A DNA stretch of 64,000 bases from a virus (Duplodnaviria; Caudoviricetes), in the IMG/VR virus record IMGVR_UViG_3300012987_000009, positions 1,690 to 65,689 of that record, one strand, 5' to 3'. The position numbers were made by a program, and so were the translations under genes. The stretch's first letter is position 1. Each line of letters starts with the position of its first letter. Under the pieces are notes generated by a model, which saw nothing but the letters and a program-made list of their open reading frames with translations, searched no databases and was not told where the DNA came from. Positions 16,455 through 25,280 of this stretch are shown piece by piece.

Positions 16455-17246
16455 ATGATAACAGGAATAACAATGGGGGCCGGGAATGTGACTGTTCTTA
16501 AAAAGACAATTGAATCATTTATTAACGTATGTGATGAGATTGTTTATGGTGATTTACTTCTTTTTGAGGAAGACAGAGAGGTTGTCAAAAGGTACTCAAA
16601 GGAGTATAATATAAAAATTATACAATTCCCTTTTAACTATATTTTTAGACATGGGTTTTCTTCGATTCTTAATGAGTTGGCTGCTCATGCCACTAATAAT
16701 ACAGTTATGTATTTAAATACTTCTGAAATAATAAGCGAAGATTATGGAATATTTGATATAATCAAAAACAACTCAGATTGTAACTCGTTTTATTTTATAC
16801 ACAAAACTGACCCCCATCGTTGGTTTAGAACCTATAATCGAAAAGAATTGGAATGGTCGGGAGTTATTCATGAACAGCTAAAAGGGGAGTACAGGCCATA
16901 TCATAAGCCAATATTCATGATGGCTGATTTGGAAAAGGATATGGATGATCCATTTAAGGCTGATGTTTTTAATTCGGTTAAAGAAATTTGCTACTTTAGG
17001 AATTACAACCGAATAGTTGATTATCCAAAATCACTTGGAGAAACAGATACCGGCTGGATTAAATTTGCAACCGAAAATTACGACAACATGAAAGAGCGGA
17101 TGCAGTCTAATGCTGGATTGTATGAAGCGTTTTGTACTGGGAGTGATTTAATGCTGCATCAGGCAATAAGAAATTTCAAACCAACTGGTAAGTTTCAATC
17201 ATCAAACCTGATTGAATACCAAGGAGATAAGAAATTCCTTTTATGA
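16455..17246 (+). CDS. GT-A (GT2-like) glycosyltransferase
   Basis: VCDEIVYGD, FSSILNELAAHAT, WSGVIHEQL; LNTSE replaces the usual LDADE. Confidence 0.7.
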   Translation: MITGITMGAGNVTVLKKTIESFINVCDEIVYGDLLLFEEDREVVKRYSKEYNIKIIQFPFNYIFRHGFSSILNELAAHATNNTVMYLNTSEIISEDYGIFDIIKNNSDCNSFYFIHKTDPHRWFRTYNRKELEWSGVIHEQLKGEYRPYHKPIFMMADLEKDMDDPFKADVFNSVKEICYFRNYNRIVDYPKSLGETDTGWIKFATENYDNMKERMQSNAGLYEAFCTGSDLMLHQAIRNFKPTGKFQSSNLIEYQGDKKFLL

Positions 17247-17446
17247 GTAAAGATATAAAAAGGGGGGACTCGGTTATCCCGGAAGAAGGTTATGATAATA
17301 TAAGGAGTCAATATTTTTTTAATGGCCCATTAAAGGTAACTATGGTGGTAGATAACAATCTTCAGTATACTGGGTATAAATTTGTTTACTGTGAATTTGG
17401 GAACAAGGAGGTTGGATTTTATATTAACGCATTAAAAAAATGGTGA
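17243..17446 (+). CDS. hypothetical protein
   Basis: ATGA coupling. Confidence 0.55.
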   Translation: MSKDIKRGDSVIPEEGYDNIRSQYFFNGPLKVTMVVDNNLQYTGYKFVYCEFGNKEVGFYINALKKW

Positions 17447-17447
17447 A

Positions 17448-18470
17448 ATGAAATTTAGCATAATACTATGTCATTACAAGACTGGGAAGATGACCGCATA
17501 TACCGTGGCTCAAATACTAAAATATAAAGGCAACCATGAAATAGAAATACTCATCTGCGATAATAATGCCGGGGATGGGAGTATCGCGTATTTGGAGCCG
17601 TTTAAAGAATACATAAAAGTCGTTGATTATCCAAAAGATAAACTTCAGTCACACGGGATCGGGTATGATGTTCTTTTTGAATTATCACAAAACGAATGGG
17701 TGATCTGCATGGAGAGCGATTCTTTTCCCATTAAAGAAGAATGGTTGGATTATTATGAGAAATTAATAAATGCCGACTGCAAATTTGCGGCATCCCTGCT
17801 TCAGTTGTCAGGTGGTAAATATGGGCATCCTGCTGGCGCTATGTATAATAGAAATATATGGAAGGAGGCGTGGCTTGAGTGCAAATGCAAAACAGAGTAC
17901 CATTATTTCCCTAATATGGCAATGAAGGATGGTTTTGCTAGTCATATTATGGTTCATGAAAGTGTATCAAAGTCTTTTGTAGATAATCCAGATGAATATA
18001 TTGAATTGTCAGATGGCTACAAGCCATATACTCCTAGTGTTGCAAAAAACAAATGGTGGTACTATTCTCCTGTAGTTGGGCCGATGCATAATGGGATGGG
18101 TCGATTGCAGGAGTCGGTTAGGACGTATGGCGGTAGAAATGCAGAAACAGAAGTGCCAAATATTCTTCTTGATAATAGGGCTAAATTAATCTATAGAGTA
18201 GGGTACGAGCCGGGTCAATGGTTTTATTACTGGATGCTGGCAAAAGGGTATCTTGGTTATCATATACCAACTGAAACAAAGTGGCTCCCTGGTAAAGAAG
18301 CTCAACAGCAAGATTACACTTTAACTGAAAATGGTGTAAAACACTTATGGGGAATCTCTGCATACCACGACTATACGCCAGAAAATGAAAAGGGTACTGC
18401 TATATATAAGCAGTCTATCCCAGATCAACTATACAACTCATTACCTGAACATCAAAAAATAACACCATGA
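17448..18470 (+). CDS. GT2 glycosyltransferase
   Basis: FSIILCHY, EILICDNNAGDGS, SHGIGYD, ICMESDSF. Confidence 0.8.
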   Translation: MKFSIILCHYKTGKMTAYTVAQILKYKGNHEIEILICDNNAGDGSIAYLEPFKEYIKVVDYPKDKLQSHGIGYDVLFELSQNEWVICMESDSFPIKEEWLDYYEKLINADCKFAASLLQLSGGKYGHPAGAMYNRNIWKEAWLECKCKTEYHYFPNMAMKDGFASHIMVHESVSKSFVDNPDEYIELSDGYKPYTPSVAKNKWWYYSPVVGPMHNGMGRLQESVRTYGGRNAETEVPNILLDNRAKLIYRVGYEPGQWFYYWMLAKGYLGYHIPTETKWLPGKEAQQQDYTLTENGVKHLWGISAYHDYTPENEKGTAIYKQSIPDQLYNSLPEHQKITP

Positions 18471-18754
18471 GCACATTATCGTTTATGTCTGATGATGGGT
18501 TAGTTGTAGAGTTAGGGATGGAGATATTTGTTCAGGCTAAAGATTGTGGTTATTATAAAAAACACATTGCGAATGAGCAATTAATTCATCGAAGATTAGG
18601 AATAGTTAAAGAAAAAGAAGCGTGGCTATATGAGGCGCAGATCCCAATACATTGGAACTATTTTGTTAAAGAAGAAAATGCAATTGAACATAAGGCAAAT
18701 ATTGAGGCTAATGGGCCTGATGAAATAATATTCTTACCAAAGACAATAATTTAA
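18467..18754 (+). CDS. hypothetical protein
   Basis: ATGA coupling. Confidence 0.55.
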   Translation: MSTLSFMSDDGLVVELGMEIFVQAKDCGYYKKHIANEQLIHRRLGIVKEKEAWLYEAQIPIHWNYFVKEENAIEHKANIEANGPDEIIFLPKTII

Positions 18755-18766
18755 AATAACACTTTA

Positions 18767-19645
18767 ATGGAGATTACAACATTCTCGCATACGGGTAATA
18801 TAGGCGATATATGGGCAAGCATCCCAGCAATGAGACAACACTTTGTTAATACGGGTAAAAGAATTGATTTGTATTTGGTCGCTAACGTCCCGGCCTTCTA
18901 TTATGAAGGCGCAGTGCATCCAACAAAGAGTGAAGCCGGGATCAATGTCATGTTAAATCAGAAGATGATTGACATGATGATTCCGCTTTTAAAGACGCAG
19001 GATTTTATCAATGAAGTTTATTCTATTGATTTTTCTGAATATGAAGACTACAAAGATAAGATCAAGGTTCATCTTGAGTGGTTTCGGGAAAATGAGATAG
19101 GGTTGCCAAACTTTAGCATTAACCGGTGGTACTTCTATGTCTTCCCTGATTTAACCTGCGACTTGTCAGGAATATGGTTAGAGGTGCCGCATACAGAAAA
19201 AGATTTTGCCGCTAACAAGATCATCATAACCAGGAGCGAACGCTACACCAATCCATCAATAGATTACTCGTTCCTGAAACCATACGAAGATGATATTGTT
19301 TTTTGCGGGACTATGCGAGAGTATAATAATTTCTGCATGTCGTATGATCTTAATATCCGCAAGCTCAACATCAATAACTTCTTGGAATTAGCGCAGGCAA
19401 TCAATCAATGTCGGTTTCATATATCAAACCAGACACAGGCAGCACAATTATCGGAGGGACTAAAGATACCCAGAATAATAGAAGTGTGTACATATGCCGC
19501 TAATGTAATTCCTATTGGGGAACATGCATATGATTTTCAGAATCAACTCGGATTAGAATACGCATTCCATAAACTAAACGGAACAGTGGAAATGTTTTTT
19601 GAAAGAATAAAGAAAGAACAAGAAGCAAAAAAAACTGCTCAATAA
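18767..19645 (+). CDS. GT-B glycosyltransferase (GT9/heptosyltransferase-like)
   Basis: SHTGNIGDIWASIPAM; FLELAQAINQCRFHISNQT...LSEGLKIPRI. Confidence 0.75.
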   Translation: MEITTFSHTGNIGDIWASIPAMRQHFVNTGKRIDLYLVANVPAFYYEGAVHPTKSEAGINVMLNQKMIDMMIPLLKTQDFINEVYSIDFSEYEDYKDKIKVHLEWFRENEIGLPNFSINRWYFYVFPDLTCDLSGIWLEVPHTEKDFAANKIIITRSERYTNPSIDYSFLKPYEDDIVFCGTMREYNNFCMSYDLNIRKLNINNFLELAQAINQCRFHISNQTQAAQLSEGLKIPRIIEVCTYAANVIPIGEHAYDFQNQLGLEYAFHKLNGTVEMFFERIKKEQEAKKTAQ

Positions 19646-20445
19646 TGGCATATGTATATAGGCATATAAGGCTTGATAAAAATCAACCATTTTATATAGG
19701 AATTGGGAATGATGATAATTACGCTAGGGCTAATACCATAAAAGGTAGAAATTTACATTGGAAACGAATTGTCGATAAAACTAATTATGATATTGAGATA
19801 TTGATAGACGGAATTAGCTGGGAGCTTGCATGTCAAAAGGAGATAGAATTTATATCTATATATAAAAGAGTAAAAGATGGCGGCACATTATGTAATATTA
19901 CGTTGGGCGGTGAGGGTAAACTTGGTGTAGCGCCAACAAATGCCTTTATAAAAGGGCACAACATGTCCCCTATGAAGGGGAAAAAACTAGACCCAATATT
20001 GAAAGAAAAAATGCACAGTGCTAGGCGAGGTATTCCAAGTTGGAATAAAGGAATTTCACCAAAGAAAGAAAGTATTGAAAAGCAATTAAGAACTAAAAAA
20101 GAATTGGGTAAAATACCGAGAGGGCCAGATCATCCTAGATTTGGTAAGACGCATTCTGAAGAACAAAAAGCAAAATGGAGAGTTACTAGAAAGGGAGACA
20201 TCCCTTGGAATCTTGGTAAGAAATGGGATAGGAATCAGATGACAGATAAAATGCTAAAGGCGAAGCATGGGGATAGGATTGAAGTGTATCAATATGGTAT
20301 GAATGGAATATTTATTCAAAAATACATATCTGTATGTGATGCCTCTGAAAAAACAGGAGTCGGTAAGGGGAATATTTCTCATTGTTTAAAGGGGAATAGA
20401 AAATCAAGCGGCGGCTACAGGTGGTCGCTCAAGCCGCTTGAATAA
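19645..20445 (+). CDS. GIY-YIG homing endonuclease with NUMOD3/NUMOD1 repeats
   Basis: YVYRHIR...FYIGIG, EIEFI, CNITLGGEG, HSEEQKAK, ISHCLKGNRKSSGGYRW. Confidence 0.88.
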   Translation: MAYVYRHIRLDKNQPFYIGIGNDDNYARANTIKGRNLHWKRIVDKTNYDIEILIDGISWELACQKEIEFISIYKRVKDGGTLCNITLGGEGKLGVAPTNAFIKGHNMSPMKGKKLDPILKEKMHSARRGIPSWNKGISPKKESIEKQLRTKKELGKIPRGPDHPRFGKTHSEEQKAKWRVTRKGDIPWNLGKKWDRNQMTDKMLKAKHGDRIEVYQYGMNGIFIQKYISVCDASEKTGVGKGNISHCLKGNRKSSGGYRWSLKPLE

Positions 20446-20450
20446 AAAAT

Positions 20451-20708
20451 TTACCCCATGAGGGAGGAAATTTGGGCAACTGTTTCTGCTACGTAGTATG
20501 CAGTCCCGGTAGAATTAGCAGCTGCGCTAGAAGGAACACGAATCAAGCTATAAACATTATAACCTGAACTGAGGCTTCTTTGTGGTGAGTTTGAGCAGTC
20601 CTCAATTAAAACTAACCCGACTGTTGGGAAGCCTATTTTTTTTGGTTGATCCCGGTCTAAAACGCGGGCATCGATTTGATAAACGTTTACAAAAAATACA
20701 TTGGCCAT
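20451..20708 (-). CDS. lone antisense-oriented hypothetical protein
   Basis: 85-aa ORF filling the gap, convergent on GIY-YIG; YYVAETVAQI tail. Confidence 0.65.
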   Translation of the reverse strand: MANVFFVNVYQIDARVLDRDQPKKIGFPTVGLVLIEDCSNSPQRSLSSGYNVYSLIRVPSSAAANSTGTAYYVAETVAQISSLMG

Positions 20709-20802
20709 TGTAGTGAGTTTTTATGAAAATTCAATATTGATAAGATAAAATTGAATATAATTTGGGGTAATAAAGTGTGTTTCATATTTTTGAGACATCT
20801 AA

Positions 20803-20967
20803 ATGGACTCCGAAAAGACATCCCCAGATTCAATGAAGTTTTTGAAGATTTCCTTAAACCTATGGATTTATGGAAAACTAAAGGCATATGCGAAGGAGAA
20901 CGGCATGTCGGTAAGAGCCGCGATTCGGTTTATTATTAATCAGTTTTTTAAAGGCACTTCATACTAA
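20803..20967 (+). CDS. ribbon-helix-helix-like DNA-binding protein (54 aa, not in ORF track)
   Basis: KFLKISLNLWIYGKLKAYAKENGMSVRAAIRFIINQFF; stop 5 nt before next ATG. Confidence 0.7.
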   Translation: MDSEKTSPDSMKFLKISLNLWIYGKLKAYAKENGMSVRAAIRFIINQFFKGTSY

Positions 20968-20972
20968 ATACA

Positions 20973-21257
20973 ATGGGCTTAGGCGGCATAATACAAATGG
21001 CAATCCAGCGAGATATGGCTGGAAAGGAAGTTCAGAATGGTCTTTCTTATAGCGAATTAGTGGTAGATAATCGCTTCTGCATAAAAATGTCTTCTGAAAA
21101 ACATCCCGAGGCTACAGTAGAATGTTCGGTTCCGTATACTGGAATGCAAGAAGAGGAGAACTATTGTCGGCTATACTTTTTGTCTATGGTATTCAATGCC
21201 GCCGTTCATGGGATGAAAAGGAGATCAGTAAAATCACATAAAAAATTCAAAAGATGA
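20973..21257 (+). CDS. hypothetical protein
   Basis: ORF in operon. Confidence 0.55.
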   Translation: MGLGGIIQMAIQRDMAGKEVQNGLSYSELVVDNRFCIKMSSEKHPEATVECSVPYTGMQEEENYCRLYFLSMVFNAAVHGMKRRSVKSHKKFKR

Positions 21258-21469
21258 CCATTAAGGAATTTAAAAAGATACTCAAAGGCATTCCTGATGG
21301 ATTTGATATAGCCATAGATGTGGGCGATAATTCTTTAATGCCAATTTGCCCAACAGATTGCGGAGTGACACAATTAGAATTTAACGATACCAGGGAGAAG
21401 GTGTTCGTGTTTGTGTTATGTCCTTGCTCATGTGAGCCCGGAACGTCCAAAGAATCTATATTAAATTAA
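21254..21469 (+). CDS. hypothetical protein
   Basis: MTIKEFKKILKGIPD pattern, ATGA coupling. Confidence 0.6.
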   Translation: MTIKEFKKILKGIPDGFDIAIDVGDNSLMPICPTDCGVTQLEFNDTREKVFVFVLCPCSCEPGTSKESILN

Positions 21470-21475
21470 ATCAAA

Positions 21476-22123
21476 ATGATGAGGCGTAATAATAGGCTAG
21501 ATATAGTTGGCCAAACATTTGAAAGGTTAAGTGTCATTGCGTTTGCCGGGGTAAAGGGTGAAAAGACTATGTGGTTGTGTAGGTGTAAGTGTGGTAAAGA
21601 AATCAGAGTGGCTGGCGTATCATTAAGAGCTGGCAAGACAAAATCATGTGGATGTTATAAGGTTGATGGGATAAGGGAAAGAAGCCTTAAGCATGGGCAT
21701 CAAACCCAAGATAACAATAGCGCCGAATATAGGATATGGCGACACATGAAATCTAGATGTTATAATCCAAATGTGGAGCGGTATCCAAATTATGGGGGGC
21801 GTGGGGTAATTGTATGTGAAAGGTGGCTTAACTCGTTTGAGAATTTCTATGCAGACATGGGCCCAAGACCAACAGCGTCACATTCTATTGATAGGTTCCC
21901 GGATGTTAATGGCAATTATGAGCCGTCAAATTGCAGGTGGGCTACTACTACAGAACAAAGCAGAAACACAACACAAAATAATTGGCTGGAATATAATGGC
22001 GAAAGGCTTATTTTAAGCGACTGGGCTATTAGGTTAAAGGCGCATCCGTCTAATATAAACAGGATGTTAAAAAGGAAATCATTTAAAGAAGTTGTTGAAT
22101 ATTATAAAAACAAAACATGTTAA
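21476..22123 (+). CDS. HNH homing endonuclease
   Basis: WLCRCKCG...TKSCGC, YGGRGVIVCERW, SIDRFPDVNGNYEPSNCRWAT. Confidence 0.88.
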   Translation: MMRRNNRLDIVGQTFERLSVIAFAGVKGEKTMWLCRCKCGKEIRVAGVSLRAGKTKSCGCYKVDGIRERSLKHGHQTQDNNSAEYRIWRHMKSRCYNPNVERYPNYGGRGVIVCERWLNSFENFYADMGPRPTASHSIDRFPDVNGNYEPSNCRWATTTEQSRNTTQNNWLEYNGERLILSDWAIRLKAHPSNINRMLKRKSFKEVVEYYKNKTC

Positions 22124-23676
22124 AAAAGACACTTTACGGAAAGGATGCAAGAACTAAAATGTTGGACGGAGTTAAGAAAATTGTTGATGCCATAAGAATT
22201 ACTCTTGGGCCGATGGGGAGAAATTGTGTTATAGCCCAAAGCGCAGTAGTTGATTATGGCGTACATAGTCTCCCGCTCCATTGTACAAAAGACGGCGCGA
22301 CAGTGGCGAAGGGTTTTGATTGTGAAGATTACTTTGAAAAGGTAGGTGTTATGATTATAAAAGAAAGCACCTATCAGACTGTAACGCAAAGCGGGGACGG
22401 GACTTCAAGCTGCGCAATATTAGTTCATGCCTTGTTAGAAAAGGGCGTTGAATTAGTTAATTCCGGGGCAAATCCAATGGAGTTGAAGAAGCAGATAGAT
22501 AAGGCGGTTGAAAATGTAGTTGAACAATTGAAGGCATTTTCAACTCCAATAAAAGGCAACATTGACAGGCTGAGGCAGGTGGCTACTATTAGTGCCAATA
22601 ACGATCCAGAAATTGGCGGCTGGATAGCAGATGCCTTTGAAAAAATAGGCGATGAAGGAATTATTGACTTGGAAGCCAGTAAGGGTGTAAGAACTGAAAT
22701 AAAGATCAGCGATGGTTACAAATGGGATCAGAGCTGGACTAGCCCTTTGTTTATTACAAACCGGGAAAAGCAAATCGTAGAATTTGAAAACCCGCTTATC
22801 CTTATCTACCACAATAGAATTAATCACCACACCCAAATCATGAAGGCACTGGAATTATGCCAGCAGTCCGGAAAGCCTTTATTGATTATTTGCGAAGATG
22901 CCGTAGAAGAGGGGTTGGCCTTTATGGTGCTGAATACCTTGCAAGGACGTGCGAAGGTTTGCGCAGTGAAATCTCCGGCATTTGGCGAAGATCGCAGGCT
23001 TGAAATGGAAGACATTGCTTTATTGACAGGTGGCGACTACATTAGTGATGTGCGTGGTATCAATATCAAGGAGGTCACAAAAGATAACTTCGGGACAGCA
23101 AAAAAGATAATTGTAACCAAAGACGAAACCATTATCATTGGCGGCGGCGGCAATAAAGATTCAATTGAAAGCCATGTGAATGAGCTTCGTATGAATCTAG
23201 CACAAGCCAAAAACGAAGATGAAAAATACCCAATTGAGAAGCGTATTGCAAGACTGAAAGGTGGTGTTGCTGTAATTCAGGTAGGGGCTGCAACTGAAAC
23301 CGAAATGAAGGAAAAGCTGGATCGTTTTGACGATGCAGTGAGGGCAACTAAGGCGGCGATAGCAGAAGGGTTTGTCCCGGGAGGGGGCACAACTTACCTG
23401 CGCATCCGGTCTGGTAATGAAATAGTTGATTACGCAATGGATATGATATTAAGACAGATATGCCTTAATGCCGGGGTGGATGCGGATCAAATTGTAAAGC
23501 AAGTAAAAGGTGCGTCTGGCAATATAGGCTACAATGCAAAAACTGATAAGATTGAAAATCTCGTTGAATCCGGCGTAATTGATCCAACTAAGGTAATTCG
23601 TTGCGCGTTGACCAATGCCGCCTCCAGCGCCGGTATGATTTTAACAACAGAGGCAATGATCGTTGACACAATGTAA
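22117..23676 (+). CDS. groEL: chaperonin GroEL
   Basis: TLGPMGRN, TKDGATVA, GDGTSS, RIARLKGGVAVIQVGAATETEMKEK, DDAVRATKAAIAEGFVPGGG, GVIDPTKV. Confidence 0.95.
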   Translation: MLKKTLYGKDARTKMLDGVKKIVDAIRITLGPMGRNCVIAQSAVVDYGVHSLPLHCTKDGATVAKGFDCEDYFEKVGVMIIKESTYQTVTQSGDGTSSCAILVHALLEKGVELVNSGANPMELKKQIDKAVENVVEQLKAFSTPIKGNIDRLRQVATISANNDPEIGGWIADAFEKIGDEGIIDLEASKGVRTEIKISDGYKWDQSWTSPLFITNREKQIVEFENPLILIYHNRINHHTQIMKALELCQQSGKPLLIICEDAVEEGLAFMVLNTLQGRAKVCAVKSPAFGEDRRLEMEDIALLTGGDYISDVRGINIKEVTKDNFGTAKKIIVTKDETIIIGGGGNKDSIESHVNELRMNLAQAKNEDEKYPIEKRIARLKGGVAVIQVGAATETEMKEKLDRFDDAVRATKAAIAEGFVPGGGTTYLRIRSGNEIVDYAMDMILRQICLNAGVDADQIVKQVKGASGNIGYNAKTDKIENLVESGVIDPTKVIRCALTNAASSAGMILTTEAMIVDTM

Positions 23677-23680
23677 TTTT

Positions 23681-24037
23681 ATGAATGAACAAGAATACAA
23701 CGAAGAAATTAAAAAGGCCGCTTGGCCAAATATACAAGATGGCCAAATAAAATATAAAGCCTTTAAGGCGGTAGATGGCCCAAAAGCAACAGGAACATAC
23801 GTTTGGATAATAAGAGATGAAACTAAGGCAGAGCAGAGCGGTCTGTTAATCCCTGGCACTGGTCGCGAAAAGCCCCACACAGGCACCATTCACTCCTTTG
23901 GAGATAAGGTGACCGATGAGGATATAAGAACAAGAACACGGGCCATCTTTCATAAAGGGATAGGCCAAGAGATTGAATACGGGAATAAATTGTATCTGGT
24001 TTTGCAGGAACATGAAATAATCGGAACCGATGATTAA
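23681..24037 (+). CDS. groES: co-chaperonin GroES
   Basis: SGLLIP mobile loop, EKPHTGTI, EIEYGNKLYLVLQEHEIIG. Confidence 0.8.
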   Translation: MNEQEYNEEIKKAAWPNIQDGQIKYKAFKAVDGPKATGTYVWIIRDETKAEQSGLLIPGTGREKPHTGTIHSFGDKVTDEDIRTRTRAIFHKGIGQEIEYGNKLYLVLQEHEIIGTDD

Positions 24038-24575
24038 AGCAGCGAATAGCAAAATAATAGTCCGGGTAGATCCGACTCAAAAGAATGAAATAAAAATGGG
24101 CGGTATCACTATGACTACCGCCCTATTGTTTGAGAATAATTACCGGGAAAAATCACCAACAATTGGGGTTGTGGTTCGTGGGAATGAATATGTGGTAGAG
24201 GGGGAGGTTGCCTTGTTTCATCATAACCACTTCCATATGCCATCACCTTATTGGATCGGGGATGATTTATTTAGTGTCCCTTTCAATAAAACACTTTTTG
24301 GCATTTTGGATGAAGACGGGAATATAGCGCCTATGTGCGGCAACATCCTGTGCAGCCGTGTGCCTATGGAGTACGCGATGCCTGTCCCAGTAGAAGATCG
24401 GCAAACTTACATTGATAGAGCTATAGTAATTAGTCGAAGCCATCCGGAATACCGATTTGGCCAAACAATCTTCCACCGGCCCCATGCAGGCTATGACATT
24501 GTTTATAACTGGTTCGGCGAAGAAAGGCGCGTAACCAAGGTGCATGAGGAAATGGTGATAGGGATAGCGGGGTAA
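24030..24575 (+). CDS. second co-chaperonin-like protein, apparently two tandem GroES folds
   Basis: KIIVRVD...GVVVRG...GEVALFHHN, then PMCGNILCSRV...GQTIF...VHEEMVIGI. Confidence 0.55.
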   Translation: MIKAANSKIIVRVDPTQKNEIKMGGITMTTALLFENNYREKSPTIGVVVRGNEYVVEGEVALFHHNHFHMPSPYWIGDDLFSVPFNKTLFGILDEDGNIAPMCGNILCSRVPMEYAMPVPVEDRQTYIDRAIVISRSHPEYRFGQTIFHRPHAGYDIVYNWFGEERRVTKVHEEMVIGIAG

Positions 24576-24616
24576 TTGTTCCCCGTGGAACGTTTCGTGA
24601 AACTATTTAAAATAGC

Positions 24617-24640
24617 AAAGCCCTCATTTAGAGGGCTTTT
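24617..24640 (+). terminator. intrinsic terminator
   Basis: AAAGCCCTC-ATTTA-GAGGGCTTTT. Confidence 0.75.
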
Positions 24641-24642
24641 AG

Positions 24643-24650
24643 TATATTTG
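24643..24650 (+). promoter_or_regulatory. Bacteroidota -7 element before the HNH/portal operon
   Basis: TATATTTG directly after the terminator. Confidence 0.55.
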
Positions 24651-24674
24651 AAGTAACCAAACAAAAAATATACC

Positions 24675-25280
24675 ATGCCAAATGTACAGAAATCTAAATT
24701 AACTTTCGTTAGAATTACTAAAGCGGGGCACCACGCAAAAGCGATTTATAGATGCGAGTGTGGCAATGAGAAAGAATTGTATATGACTAATGTAAATTCT
24801 GGGAGTACCAAATCTTGCGGTTGTAGTACCAATAAAACGCATGGGTTGTCTAAAACACCGCTATATGGCATTTGGGGTGGTATGATAATGAGATGCGAGA
24901 ACCCAAATAATGAAGATTATCATAATTATGGAGGGAGAGGGGTGACAGTATGTGATGAATGGAGAAATAATCCAGAAAGTTTTATTGAATGGGCATTAGA
25001 AAATGGATGGAAGAAAGGGATGGAGGTTGATAAGGATAAAAGTGGCAGTATGATATATTCTCCTAAAACATGCGAAATAATAACGAAGAAAGAAAATTCA
25101 AATTATAGAAGAGCAAGTCATTACATAGAATATAATGGCAAAAGACAGACTCTTCAGCAATGGAGTGAGGAAACAGGCATACATTTTAGTTTGATTTTGG
25201 CTAGAATCAATAGACTAAAATGGTCTATTGAACAGGCTTTAACAATAAAGCCTAAATATGGAAGAAAAATAAAAAAGTAA
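24675..25280 (+). CDS. HNH homing endonuclease
   Basis: YRCECG...TKSCGC, YGGRGVTVCDEW, EVDKD, YNGKRQTLQQWSEETG. Confidence 0.88.
   Translation: MPNVQKSKLTFVRITKAGHHAKAIYRCECGNEKELYMTNVNSGSTKSCGCSTNKTHGLSKTPLYGIWGGMIMRCENPNNEDYHNYGGRGVTVCDEWRNNPESFIEWALENGWKKGMEVDKDKSGSMIYSPKTCEIITKKENSNYRRASHYIEYNGKRQTLQQWSEETGIHFSLILARINRLKWSIEQALTIKPKYGRKIKK

Noticed and set aside
15987-25280. Group I/II introns around the homing endonucleases
   Set aside because: Neighbouring genes appear full length and the HEGs abut them with no room for intron cores
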